Shown here in pieces: positions 54,003 to 64,000 of a stretch of DNA of 64,000 bases. The notes below the pieces were generated by a model. It did no database searches. It was given only the letters and a program-made list of their open reading frames with translations, and was not told where the DNA came from. Every line of letters begins with the position of its first letter. Position 1 is the stretch's first letter. The translations under genes were made by a program, and so were the position numbers. This stretch comes from an uncultured delta proteobacterium (GTDB taxonomy: Bacteria > Desulfobacterota > Syntrophia > Syntrophales > UBA5619): positions 128,001 to 192,000 of the forward strand of contig CAWFOM010000010.1 in the NCBI GenBank assembly GCA_963817385.1. Direction: 5' to 3'.

Positions 54003-54203
54003 TCATTTGACGATGATCTGGAGGTTATCCCGCTCGGTGACCATCTTGTCGCCCACTGATGTTCCGCAGTACGTGCACGTGTAGTCATACTTGTCGCCGT
54101 TGGCGAGGACAAGCAGAAGCCTTTTTCTCACCGGAACGGCTCGCCGGCATGTGGGGCAGAAGAGCTCCGTGGCATCAAAATCGCGATATTGTTCCTTTCT
54201 CAT
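54003..54203 (-). CDS. Small zinc-ribbon protein
   Basis: CPTC...CTYC; ATGA overlap with nadE stop. Confidence 0.8.
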   Translation of the reverse strand: MRKEQYRDFDATELFCPTCRRAVPVRKRLLLVLANGDKYDYTCTYCGTSVGDKMVTERDNLQIIVK

Positions 54204-56274
54204 CCATCATCCCTTTCCGGAATTCGTTTCGCATCCTCCAGCCATACCGCGGCCTCGCTGTCGCTCGGCGCCCGGTAATCACCGCGTGGTGAGAGGGAGC
54301 CTCCCGAACCTACTTTGGGGCCATTCGGGGCGCAGGAGCGCTTGAACTGGCTGATCTGAAAAAAGCGGTAGAGATATATTTCAAGCCAGTGGCGGATCTC
54401 TCCGATTGTGTAGGCGTGACGCTTCGCTTCGGGGAGATCCGGCCAGTTGCCCTGCGTCGCGTCACGCCAGGCGCAATAGGCCATGAAGGCAATCTTGGTC
54501 GGGAGATAGCCGAATCGGGTTGTGTAGAAAATGTTGAAATCCTGCAGCTCGTATGGTCCGACCGTGGATTCCGTCAACTGGCAGGGCTGGGCATCGATCT
54601 GCCCCGGGATCAGCTCGGGACTGATCTCGGTATCGAGGATATCAAAGAGGATCATGGATGCTTCGGAGGACATCTGCTCCGATCTCGCAACCCAGCGGAT
54701 CAGATGCTGGATCAGAGTTTTGGGAACGCTGGCGTTGACATTGTAGTGAGACATGTGGTCTCCGACGCCGTAGGTGCACCAGCCGAGAGCGAGTTCGCTC
54801 AAGTCCCCCGTGCCGATGACAAGAGCCTTTCTGAGATTCGCGATGCGAAAGAGGTGCGAGGTTCTCTCTCCGGCCTGGATGTTTTCAAAGGCGATGTCAT
54901 AAACCTCCTGTCCTTCCGCATAGGGGTGGCCGATATCCTTGAGCATCTGCATGCAGCTTGGTCGGATGTCGATCTCGTTTGCCTCCACGCCCAGCGCTTT
55001 CATCAGGCGGAGGGCATTCAGGCGGGTCTTTTCGCACGTCGCGAAGCCGGGCATGGTGTAGGCCAGGACATGGGAGCGGGGGTGGGAGAGAAGATCCATC
55101 GTTCGGGCGGCGACGATCAAGGCGTGCGTGGAGTCGAGACCGCCGGATACGCCGATCACCACCGTGTCGATCCCAGAAGATTTCAGGCGTTGAGAGAGAC
55201 CTTGGACCTGGATGTTGTACGCTTCATAGCAGCGTTGCTCTCGCGTGGCCGGGTCTGCAGGGATGTAAGGGAAGCGTGGATATTCTCGTTCGAGGAGGAG
55301 GCGACCTCCGATCGGTTCAATCGTCGAGGATGATCCGCCGAAATTTCAGGAGGGATTCCCGGTGGGTCCGGGCATTCCCGCCGAAGCTGGTCTGACGCAT
55401 CCGATCCTGGGCAAGACGGTCGAGGTCGAGATCGGCCTGAATGATCTGAGGTCCGCCAGCAAATCTCTCCGATTCTGCGAGGAGGTTTCCGTTTTCGTAG
55501 ATCATCGCGTGACCGTCCCAGGCCAGGTCAGTCGTTGATTCCCCGGGGCCCGCTGCTGCGTAGAGGTAGGCGGAGATGCAGCGCGCAGACTGATTTGCTG
55601 CCAGGCTCTGCCGGTATTTTGCTTTGCCGATGGTCACGTTGGAAGCGGAGAGGTTCCCGATGACGGTTGCCCCCGCCAGGGAGGCATAGCAGGAGGGAGG
55701 GATGGGGACCCACACGTCTTCGCACATCTCCAGAAAAAAGCGAAAATGGCGGATGTTCGCTACATCGAAGATGAGATCGGCGCCAAAGGGGATCTCGTTC
55801 TGACCGCAGAGGCGGATGGTTTTCGCAAGGGCCTCTTCGGCAGGGCTGAACTGGCGTGCTTCGTAGAACTCCCGGTAGTTTGGCAGATAGGACTTGACAG
55901 CCACCCCGAGGATCCGCCCCCGATAGAGAACGATTCCGCAATTGAACAGGCGCGAGTCGACCTGCAGTGGGGCGCCGACGATGAGAATGAGATTGAGTGC
56001 GGCCGTTTCGCGGCAGATCCGGTCGATGGCTTCGAGGACCCCGCTCAGCAGTGCGTCCTGGTGAAAGAGGTCTTCGTTTGAATAGGCCGAGAGGCCCAAT
56101 TCAGGGAAAGATGGCAAGAAGAGCATGACCCGCCGCGGCCTCCCGGGCAAGACGGATGGTTTGATCGGCATTGAACCGGACATCGGCAATCTTCACCGTG
56201 GGTATGCAGACCGCGGCCCGTATGAAGCCATGGCGGTAGAGGTTGAAAAATTCGTTTTTATCCTTGCATTCCAT
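54200..56274 (-). CDS. nadE: Glutamine-dependent NAD+ synthetase (apparent frameshifts near 56105 and 55320)
   Basis: Start [22 protein letters not shown] at 56274; [55 protein letters not shown]. Confidence 0.92.
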
Positions 56275-56276
56275 GG

Positions 56277-57045
56277 TTATTCCTTCTCAATATAGGCATA
56301 AGCGCTGTGGTTGTGGATGCTCTCAAAATTTTCCGCCTCGACGCTGTACCAGATGAAATTCGTATCTTGGCTCAGGCGCTCCGCAATGTTTCTGACGACA
56401 TCTTCGACAAACATGGGGTTCTCGTAACCCCTTTCCGTAACGAATTTTTCATCAACACGTTTCAGGAGGGAATATACCTCGCCGCTGGAGGAATCCTCGA
56501 TCAGCCTGATGACATCCTCGATCCAGAAGAATTTATGGAACCTGACTCGAACGGTGACGATGCTCCGCTGGTTATGGGCGCCCGCTTGGCTGATCTCTTT
56601 GGAGCAGGGGCAGACGGTTGTTACCGGAACCACCATGCCCACAACAAAGTCCATCCCCGTACCGTTACTCGCGCCTAGAGAACTGACAGCGGTATTCCAT
56701 CAGACTTTTTGCACCGGACCGGGGGGCCGTTTTTTCGATAAAATAGGGAAAATCTATTTCGATATGCGCCGATTCGGCATGCAATTTGGCCCTGATTTTC
56801 TCCAGGATGCTCTGAAAGGTGCGGATGTTGACCTGCTCGCGGATTTCGTTGAGAACCTCCACGAACCGGCTCATGTGCGTCCCCTTGAAGTGATGGCGAA
56901 GGTTCACATACATGTTGATCGTGGCATTGACCGGCTGAGTTCCGTGGGTGCGGTCCAGCACGACAATAGGGTATTTGAGCCCCTTTACGCCGACTTTCTT
57001 GATGTCGATGTTTCGTTCGTCCCGCTGATTCTGGATATCGATCAT
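56277..57045 (-). CDS. folE2: GTP cyclohydrolase FolE2 (apparent frameshift near 56677)
   Basis: [61 protein letters not shown]. Confidence 0.92.
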
Positions 57046-57410
57046 AAGCTGTAGGTGGCGCATGAGTTTTCGGACTCCCATACGGTAACCCGTGACAGAC
57101 GTGTCTTTGCCTGACGCGCCTTTTCGTCGATCCTGTCGTAGAGAAATCGGGCGATCTGTTCGGACGAAGGATTCATGTTTTTAAAATATTCCAGTTCGTT
57201 AAGATATTTATGATCGAGTTGATCGAGGATTTCCTCGGTCCACCGCTTTACAACACGGAAGTCGATCAGCAGGCCCTCCTCGTTGAGCGATTCGGCCGCG
57301 ACCGAGACCTCTACGAGGAAATTATGGCCGTGAAGCGATTCGCACTTGCCGCCGATCTCCCTGATGAGATGGGCGGCGGAAAAGGATTTTTTGATGGTCA
57401 CTTCGTACAT
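57042..57410 (-). CDS. queD: 6-carboxytetrahydropterin synthase
   Basis: FSAAH, CESLHGHNF, IDF, LDHKYLN, NPSSEQIA, VWES. Confidence 0.93.
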   Translation of the reverse strand: MYEVTIKKSFSAAHLIREIGGKCESLHGHNFLVEVSVAAESLNEEGLLIDFRVVKRWTEEILDQLDHKYLNELEYFKNMNPSSEQIARFLYDRIDEKARQAKTRLSRVTVWESENSCATYSL

Positions 57411-57676
57411 GAGACCTCCCTCCGTTATTTTGGTTGAACTATATCACAAAACAACCCAGATGCCTAAGCAGGAAAATGAATACTGCCAAATGTATAAAGA
57501 TAGCGGTGATAGCTTCTTGGCGGATATGGAATAATTCCAAAATACCTGTGAAAATGACGGAAAAAATGAAAGGCTGCAAAGAGGCAATAGTTTGCTCCGC
57601 TGGGCGCATTTTTATAAATATATGAAATAATGCTGATATAATCTAAGCATGAAACAAAAATCAGAAGCGGAGATGG

Positions 57677-57692
57677 TGGCATGCTCCTTGCT
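57677..57692 (+). promoter_or_regulatory. Sigma54 (-24/-12) promoter of pilA
   Basis: TGGCATGCTCCTTGCT matches TGGCA-N6-TTGCW, with an AT-rich tract upstream. Confidence 0.8.
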
Positions 57693-57835
57693 TTTAACAG
57701 TCCGCAAAGGAGTCGGCAAGCACAAGGAATCTGTTTGAACAGGAGGTGGTTTTGGGACGCGATACGGTGTATTTATCCGATCAGGCAATCATCCGAGACT
57801 AACAATTTTAACACTAGAGACTAAGGAGGCTAAAA

Positions 57836-58240
57836 ATGATTAGTACATTCCGCAAAAGAAACACAAAGGGCTTTACGTTGATCGAGCTCATGATCGTCAT
57901 CGCGATCATCGGCATCCTGGCGGCCATCGCCATCCCGCAGTTCGCGGCGTACAGGTCGAGAGGGTTCATGGCAAGCGTCAAGACGGATACAAAAAATGTG
58001 TACACGGGTATCGTGGCGTATCAAGGTGATTTCCCAGGCGTAACTTACCCTGCTGACGTCTTGCCTGACACTGGCCTTCCGGGAGCTGTCTATACCAAAA
58101 TGAGTGCGACGAAAGGGAATACGGTCACGATCGCAGCCGGTGGAGATATAACGGGAGCTCATACCAATGCCGCCGAACTGACTGGAACCTATGTCATCGG
58201 CACCAACGGTGTTGCAGCCGATACTCTGGCAATACCGTAA
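57836..58240 (+). CDS. pilA: Type IVa major pilin
   Basis: AAGGAGG SD; prepilin site [30 protein letters not shown]; own sigma54 promoter and terminator. Confidence 0.93.
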   Translation: MISTFRKRNTKGFTLIELMIVIAIIGILAAIAIPQFAAYRSRGFMASVKTDTKNVYTGIVAYQGDFPGVTYPADVLPDTGLPGAVYTKMSATKGNTVTIAAGGDITGAHTNAAELTGTYVIGTNGVAADTLAIP

Positions 58241-58304
58241 GCAGAGTTGCTGTTGCGGGGACAATATCCCGATACTGTTGACAGCCGCATCACAAAGATT
58301 ACAG

Positions 58305-58340
58305 AAAAAAGGGAGGGATGCGAATCCCCTCCTTTTTTTT
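58305..58340 (+). terminator. Rho-independent terminator after pilA
   Basis: AAAAAAGGGAGGGAT-GCGA-ATCCCCTCCTTTTTTTT. Confidence 0.85.
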
Positions 58341-58425
58341 ATCGAGTCGTTCAGACCATAAGTCTTTAGCCTGCCAATGTTTGACCCGATGTTACCGGCT
58401 TAAATTTCTTTCAGGAGAAACATCC

Positions 58426-60240
58426 ATGATTCGTCAGTGGATCCGTTCTCATCCCGTTCATATCTTCATTTGCCTTGGACTGACGCTGATCGTCATCGTG
58501 CCTTTCTATCAGACGAGTCAATTCAAATTTGTCCTTTACGACGATAATATGTACATTGTGAACAATAAGAATATCCAAACCGGGTTTGACCGAGACAGTG
58601 TTTCCTGGGCGTTTACGACATTGTTTGCCTGTAACTGGCAGCCGCTGACGTGGCTTTCGCTGATGCTGGATTACAAAATGTACGGCACGAGCGCCGGAGG
58701 CTATCATGTGACGAATGTGATGATTCATCTGGCCAATACGCTGCTGTTGTTTTTCGTATTCGGCAGGATGACCGGAGGATTGTGGAAGAGCGGCTTTGTG
58801 GCCGCGTTATTTGCCGTACATCCCCTCCACGTAGAGTCCGTGGCGTGGGTAATGGCGCGCAAGGATGTCCTGAGCGCGATGTTCTGGCTGCTGACGATGG
58901 GCGCGTATGCGTATTATGCCGACAATCCGTCCCTGAGACGTTATGCGGGGGTTTTTGTCATGTTTGTTCTGGGGTTGATGTCGAAGCCGATGATTGTGAC
59001 ACTTCCAATTGTTTTACTTCTTTTGGATTATTGGCCGTTGCGACGTTTCCGGGGTGATGAATTTATCGCCGGCCGGCGTCTTATTCTGGAAAAGGTTCCG
59101 CTCATCGCTCTCAGCGCTGTTATCAGCGTCATTACGATTCATGCCCAGGAACTTTCGGGGGCACTGACATCGCTTGGGAATATTGGCTTATCGGACAGGA
59201 TGGCCAATGCCGTTGTTTCCTATGGGGGATACGTGGCCAAGATGTTGTCACCGCTGAATCTTGCCTGTTTCTATCCCTATCCGACCTCTTTCCCCATATC
59301 AGTCGTTCTGCTATCCGGGACATTCCTGGGTGCGGCCTGTTTCTTTTCCTACAAATACATCCATACGGCGCCCTATCTGGCAATGGGCTGGCTGTTGGTA
59401 TCTGGTTACGCTGCTGCCGGTCAGCGGCATCATCCAGGTAGGCGAACAGGCTATGGCCGACCGATACACCTATATTCCCTTGATCGGCCTCTTTATCGTT
59501 ATCGCCTGGGGGATCCCCGACCTTCTGAAAGGAAGGTTTTTTTACAGGTACTTCATTCCGGTAGCGGCGGGGACGACCATCCTGCTCCTTGTGATTCTAA
59601 CATTTAAACAGGCAGGTGTCTGGAAAAACAGCATTGTCCTGTTTGAACATGCAATTGCCGTAACAGAGGGAAACTATGTGGCCCATAACAACCTGGGCAG
59701 TTATCTCATGAGCCGGAAACGTTACGGTGAAGCGGCAATTCAATTCGAGAAGGCAGTTCAAATCAAGCCCAATCGAGAAAGGTACCTGATGAATCTTGGG
59801 AATGCTCTCTTCTGGCTGAAGAGATATGATGAGGCAAGGACATATCATTTGCGGGCGATCGCCATTAATCCCCGCTTTGTCGAGTCTTATTATAGTGTCG
59901 CGGATGTTTGTTTATCCAGCGGCAGGGAAAATGAAGCCCTGGAATACTACAGAAAGGCCCTTCATCTTCGTCCGGGGAATGCTCTCGCCGAGAATAATGT
60001 AGCCGACATCCTCATACGTCAGGAGAATCTTGATGAAGCTATTATTTTTTTGAGGGCGGCGATCAGACATAAACCGGATTACGCAAAGGCTCGCAATACT
60101 CTGGCTGTTGTCCTGACTCGGAAGAATCAAATAAGCGAGGCCATCGATGAGTTGAATGAGGCATTGTCGGATCAATCCAGCTATATACTGAAGCAATAAA
60201 TAACCTTTCAAAATTAAAAGGAACAGCTCAGCCTAAGTAA
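58426..60240 (+). CDS. TMTC-like GT-C membrane glycosyltransferase with C-terminal TPRs, copy 1 (apparent frameshifts near 59394 and 60167-60181)
   Basis: YDD, NWQPLTWLS, HPLHVESVAW, RKDVL, LMSKPM, MADRYTY, TPR repeats; indels located by comparison with copy 2. Confidence 0.85.
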
Positions 60241-60345
60241 GACCATTGATTTGATACCAAGAATGCCAGGTATAAGCATTCGGGCATGACAGGAAAAGTA
60301 AAGATCCTTCTTTGCCGGCATAAATTCCTTTCAGGAGAAACACCC

Positions 60346-62181
60346 ATGATTCGTCAGTGGATCCGTTCTCATCCCGTTCATATCTTCATTTGCCTTGGAC
60401 TGGCGCTGATCGTCATCGTGCCTTTCTATCAGACGAGTCAATTCAAATTCGTCCATTACGACGATGATCTTTACATCCTGGGCAATAAGAATATCCAAAC
60501 CGGGTTTGACCGGAGCAGTGTTTCCTGGGCGTTTACGACATTGTTTGCCTGTAACTGGCAGCCGCTGACGTGGCTTTCGCTGATGCTGGATTACAAAATG
60601 TACGGCACGAGCGCCGGAGGCTATCATGTGACGAATGTGCTGATTCATCTGATCAATACGCTGCTGTTGTTTTTGATATTCGGCAGGATGACCGGAGGAT
60701 TGTGGAAGAGCGGCTTTGTGGCCGCGTTATTTGCCGTACATCCCCTCCACGTGGAGTCCGTGGCGTGGGTAATGGCGCGCAAGGATGTCCTGAGCGCGAT
60801 GTTCTGGCTGCTGACGATGGGCGCGTATGCGTATTATGCCGACAATCCGTCCCTGAGACGTTATGCGTGGGTTTTTGTCATGTTTGTCCTGGGGTTGATG
60901 TCGAAGCCGATGATTGTGACACTTCCGGTTGTTTTACTTCTTTTGGATTATTGGCCATTGCGACGTTTCCGGGGTGATGCGTTTATCACCGGCCGGCGTC
61001 TTATTCTGGAAAAGATTCCGCTCATCGCCCTCAGCGCCATTATCAGCGCTATTACGATTCATGCCCAGGAACTTTCGGGGGCAATGACATCGCTTGGGAA
61101 TATTGGCTTATCGGACAGGATGGTTAATGCGGTTGTTTCCTATGGGGGATATGTGGCCAAGATGTTGTCGCCGATGAATCTTGCCTGTTTCTATCCCTAT
61201 CCGACCTCTTTCCCCATATCTATCGTTCTGCTATCCGGGGCATTTCTGGGTACGGTATGTTTCTTCTCTTTCAGGTACATCCGTACGGCGCCCTATCTGG
61301 CAATGGGCTGGCTTTGGTATCTGATTACACTCCTGCCTGTCAGCGGCATCATCCAGGTCGGTGGTCAGGCCATGGCCGACCGGTACACCTATATCCCCCT
61401 GATCGGCCTTTTCATCGTTATTGCCTGGGGGATCCCTGATCTTCTGAAAGGAAAACTTTTTTTCAGGTACTTCATTCCGATAGCGGCGGGGACGACCATC
61501 CTGCTCCTTGTAATTCTGACATTTAAACAGACAGGTGTCTGGAAAGACAGCCGTGTCCTGTTTGAACATGCGATTGCCGTGACGGAGGGAAACCATGTGG
61601 CTCATAACAACCTCGGTATTCATCTCTTGGGGCACAAACGTTTCGTTGAAGCGGAACGTCACTTCGAACAGGTGGTTCAACTCAAGCCTGGTAATGAAAA
61701 GTACCTGACTAATCTGGGGATTGCACTCTCTCGGCAGAAGAGATATGAGGAGGCAATGACATATTATTTGAGGGCCATAGCCATTAATCCCCTCTTTGCC
61801 GGTTCGTATTATAACGCCGCGGATGCTTGTTTATCCAGCGGCAGGGAAAATGAAGCCCTGGAATACTACAGAAAGGCTCTTCATCTTAGTCCGGGGAATG
61901 CCGGTGCAGAAAATAATGTGGCCGCAATCCTCATACGTCAGGAGAAGCTTGATGAAGCCATCATTTATTTGAGGGCTGCGATCAAACATCATCCGGACTA
62001 TGCGGTGGCCCGAAATACTCTGGCCGTTGTCCTGACCCGGAAGAATCAAATAAGCGAGGCCATCGATGAGTTGAATGAGGCGTTGCGGATCAATCCGCAA
62101 TATACTGAAGCAATAAATAACCTTTCAAAATTAAGAGGATCAGCTCAGACTAATAAAATCATTGATTTGAATACCAGGTAA
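60346..62181 (+). CDS. TMTC-like GT-C membrane glycosyltransferase with C-terminal TPRs, copy 2
   Basis: Same motifs, intact ORF; AGGAG SD before ATG 60346. Confidence 0.88.
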   Translation: MIRQWIRSHPVHIFICLGLALIVIVPFYQTSQFKFVHYDDDLYILGNKNIQTGFDRSSVSWAFTTLFACNWQPLTWLSLMLDYKMYGTSAGGYHVTNVLIHLINTLLLFLIFGRMTGGLWKSGFVAALFAVHPLHVESVAWVMARKDVLSAMFWLLTMGAYAYYADNPSLRRYAWVFVMFVLGLMSKPMIVTLPVVLLLLDYWPLRRFRGDAFITGRRLILEKIPLIALSAIISAITIHAQELSGAMTSLGNIGLSDRMVNAVVSYGGYVAKMLSPMNLACFYPYPTSFPISIVLLSGAFLGTVCFFSFRYIRTAPYLAMGWLWYLITLLPVSGIIQVGGQAMADRYTYIPLIGLFIVIAWGIPDLLKGKLFFRYFIPIAAGTTILLLVILTFKQTGVWKDSRVLFEHAIAVTEGNHVAHNNLGIHLLGHKRFVEAERHFEQVVQLKPGNEKYLTNLGIALSRQKRYEEAMTYYLRAIAINPLFAGSYYNAADACLSSGRENEALEYYRKALHLSPGNAGAENNVAAILIRQEKLDEAIIYLRAAIKHHPDYAVARNTLAVVLTRKNQISEAIDELNEALRINPQYTEAINNLSKLRGSAQTNKIIDLNTR

Positions 62182-62320
62182 CTTTCATTCAAGAGATCCT
62201 ATGATAAAACAAAAACCTCCGGGATCTGCAACGCCGAGTTGTGTCTACACTATTTCCGTTGTATACGGCGGACGCAAGCGGCAATATTACTCCATAATTG
62301 GAATCAGGCGGACTTCAAGA

Positions 62321-63991
62321 TTACAATAGAGGGATCAGCCGATAAACCGCATACCCGTTTGCATGATAGATCATTTCCGTTTCCCTACCCAAAAGCCGCA
62401 ATAATCGATCGATCGTTTCCGGGGGATAATTATCCCGCAGAAACTGATTGGATAAATCCATGCGCATCAGCAGATGGGTGCAGCCAAGAGAGTCAAGGTA
62501 TTTTCGAAAAGATCTGTCTTCGCCGGCATTTGCCGCGAGCCCACGCATAACATCCATCCCATAAGTTGCATCGTCTTCATAGATCCGATCCAGATAATAA
62601 CCGCGTCTCGCCAGAAACAGCAGCCTGATTCTGGCATTGGGGGGAGTGTGGCTGTTGATGTAACCGATGGCTGCATAACTTCTGATGTGTCGTTTCAGAT
62701 AGGCATCTCTCGTCTCCAGGTTGAGAACGTAATTCGTCGGCTGAAGACTCTGAAAATATTTATTCAGATAAATAACATTCCCGGCCCCGAGTATAAGCAG
62801 GAACAACAGGATGATACACGCATAAACAGACCTGAATGGCCCTGTCTTTTCCGACGTCCAGGCAAAGATATTCAGGATGCCCATGACGGTCAGAATGGAG
62901 AGAAAGGGGATCGCCGGCAGGATATAGCGTATGTGGAGTTGATCGAGAAAAAAGGCCGCAAGAATAAAAAAAACGGAAAAGAGTACAAAAAAAAGCTTGT
63001 CGCCATGGAGAGATCTTTTCATGAATGCGAAGGGAACCAGGAGAATCAGCATCGGATTCAGGACGCCATCGAAGTAGCGGCCTGAATAATCCTGTCCCTG
63101 GAAAAAAAATCGGAGTGGGATCAGTAGCGTCTCCCAGAAGCTTTCACCGTAGAGCATTTTCCTGAGCCTGAACATCCCCATGTAAACCTCTCCGGAAACC
63201 ATGGAACGTGCGCTTCCGTCAGGGGCAACGTTGTTTATTCCGGCGTTGAATAATCCCTTAAAGAGTGGATACAGAGGATTGCCGGTCAGGATCAGGTTTT
63301 TTATGAGCCAGGGAGAAAATACGCAGAGAGAAATGAGAAAAAAGATGATCCCGTACCGGATCGCCCGCCACTGTTCCCCCGTGTCCCGGGAATATAAGAA
63401 AACGACGGAGAACGACAGAAAAACCCAGGCAATCAGGGCATTGTACTTGGTTCCCAAAGCCAGCCCCATGGCGATGGAAGAGATCAAAAGCCATTTGAAT
63501 TCTTCATACGACCCCGTGCGCCAGTGAATAAAAGCGAGGACGCTAACCGTCGTAAAGAAGGCCAGGCCGAGATCGACGTAGGCCACGGTCGACATCCGCA
63601 AGACGATCGGCGTGCTAACAAAGACAAGAACTCCCAGCAGCCCCGCAACTCGATTGAAGTGACGGTTGAGATAGCGGTAAATAATCCATGCAGTTCCGAT
63701 CCCGAATCCCATATGGATAAAATTGGGAAGGATGTCGTTGTTGAAATACAGGGAGATGAGGTAGAGCAGGTCGATATTCATGGGATAGTAGGAGAAATCC
63801 GCCCATTTTATTTCATAGAATCCGCCATTAACCAGCCAGAGCTTGGGAATGGCCAGATGATGAATCAGGGCATCGCCGGCGATGGGGGGTGTCAGTGCGA
63901 TGACGATTACGATGAAGTACAATAGGAGAATCGCGACGGTAAGAAGCGTTTGAATGAAAAAGTTGATTCTGTTGGACTGAAGGATTTCCAT
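62321..63991 (-). CDS. Polytopic membrane protein, putative GT-C (ArnT/PMT-like) glycosyltransferase
   Basis: PPIAGDALIHHLAIPK, FSYYPMN, AYVDLG, GLALGTKY, PWLIKN..TGNPLYP, RYILP; many TM segments; start may lie at window edge. Confidence 0.75.
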   Translation of the reverse strand: MEILQSNRINFFIQTLLTVAILLLYFIVIVIALTPPIAGDALIHHLAIPKLWLVNGGFYEIKWADFSYYPMNIDLLYLISLYFNNDILPNFIHMGFGIGTAWIIYRYLNRHFNRVAGLLGVLVFVSTPIVLRMSTVAYVDLGLAFFTTVSVLAFIHWRTGSYEEFKWLLISSIAMGLALGTKYNALIAWVFLSFSVVFLYSRDTGEQWRAIRYGIIFFLISLCVFSPWLIKNLILTGNPLYPLFKGLFNAGINNVAPDGSARSMVSGEVYMGMFRLRKMLYGESFWETLLIPLRFFFQGQDYSGRYFDGVLNPMLILLVPFAFMKRSLHGDKLFFVLFSVFFILAAFFLDQLHIRYILPAIPFLSILTVMGILNIFAWTSEKTGPFRSVYACIILLFLLILGAGNVIYLNKYFQSLQPTNYVLNLETRDAYLKRHIRSYAAIGYINSHTPPNARIRLLFLARRGYYLDRIYEDDATYGMDVMRGLAANAGEDRSFRKYLDSLGCTHLLMRMDLSNQFLRDNYPPETIDRLLRLLGRETEMIYHANGYAVYRLIPLL

Positions 63992-64000
63992 AAATATTAG

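Larger units (their letters stand above)
58395..62181 (+). repeat. Tandem duplication, period about 1920 bp
   Basis: 58395-~60262 aligns with 60315-62181 including the SD region; start codons exactly 1920 bp apart. Confidence 0.95.

Noticed and set aside
55317..56110. TGA codons at nadE breaks as selenocysteine or read-through
   Set aside because: Downstream homology continues in a different frame, so these are indels rather than in-frame stops
57700..57800. Possible GEMM (c-di-GMP/cGAMP) riboswitch in pilA leader (GGCAAG..., GGGACGC)
   Set aside because: Lacks the GNRA-capped P2 and GCAAAGC/P3 pattern; I could not fold a matching structure. An Rfam scan would settle it

Overview
Bacterial chromosomal window, most likely an anaerobic Desulfobacterota/Syntrophales-like genome (inferred from gene content and the Geobacter/Syntrophus-type pilin). 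Left part (1-12.8 kb, about 45% GC in a sampled line): phoH, an intact IS2-like IS3-family element with 5-bp target duplication, an M16 peptidase pair, a B12 radical-SAM gene, dtd, DUF1285-like, guaB and dnaE. GC then jumps sharply (glcD/glcF-like, mazG, DUF2065). The middle part carries a Liv-type ABC transporter + acyl-CoA ligase, a secreted metalloprotease islet, carboxyltransferase + enoyl-CoA hydratase, nitrilase + PabB/PabC fusion, and a second Liv-type ABC/SDR/AOR/amidohydrolase/CocE catabolic cluster. It continues with hydantoinase-HDAC-CMD, acetoacetate-CoA ligase and queD-folE2-nadE. The right end holds a sigma54-driven, Thr-rich type IV pilin followed by two tandem-duplicated TMTC-like GT-C/TPR glycosyltransferases and a third convergent GT-C-like protein, which is the best candidate for an undescribed system (bacterial TMTC-type pilin O-glycosylation). 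About nine genes, including nadE and folE2, show single-base frameshifts that most likely are sequencing/assembly indels. No rRNA, tRNA or CRISPR array was recognised.
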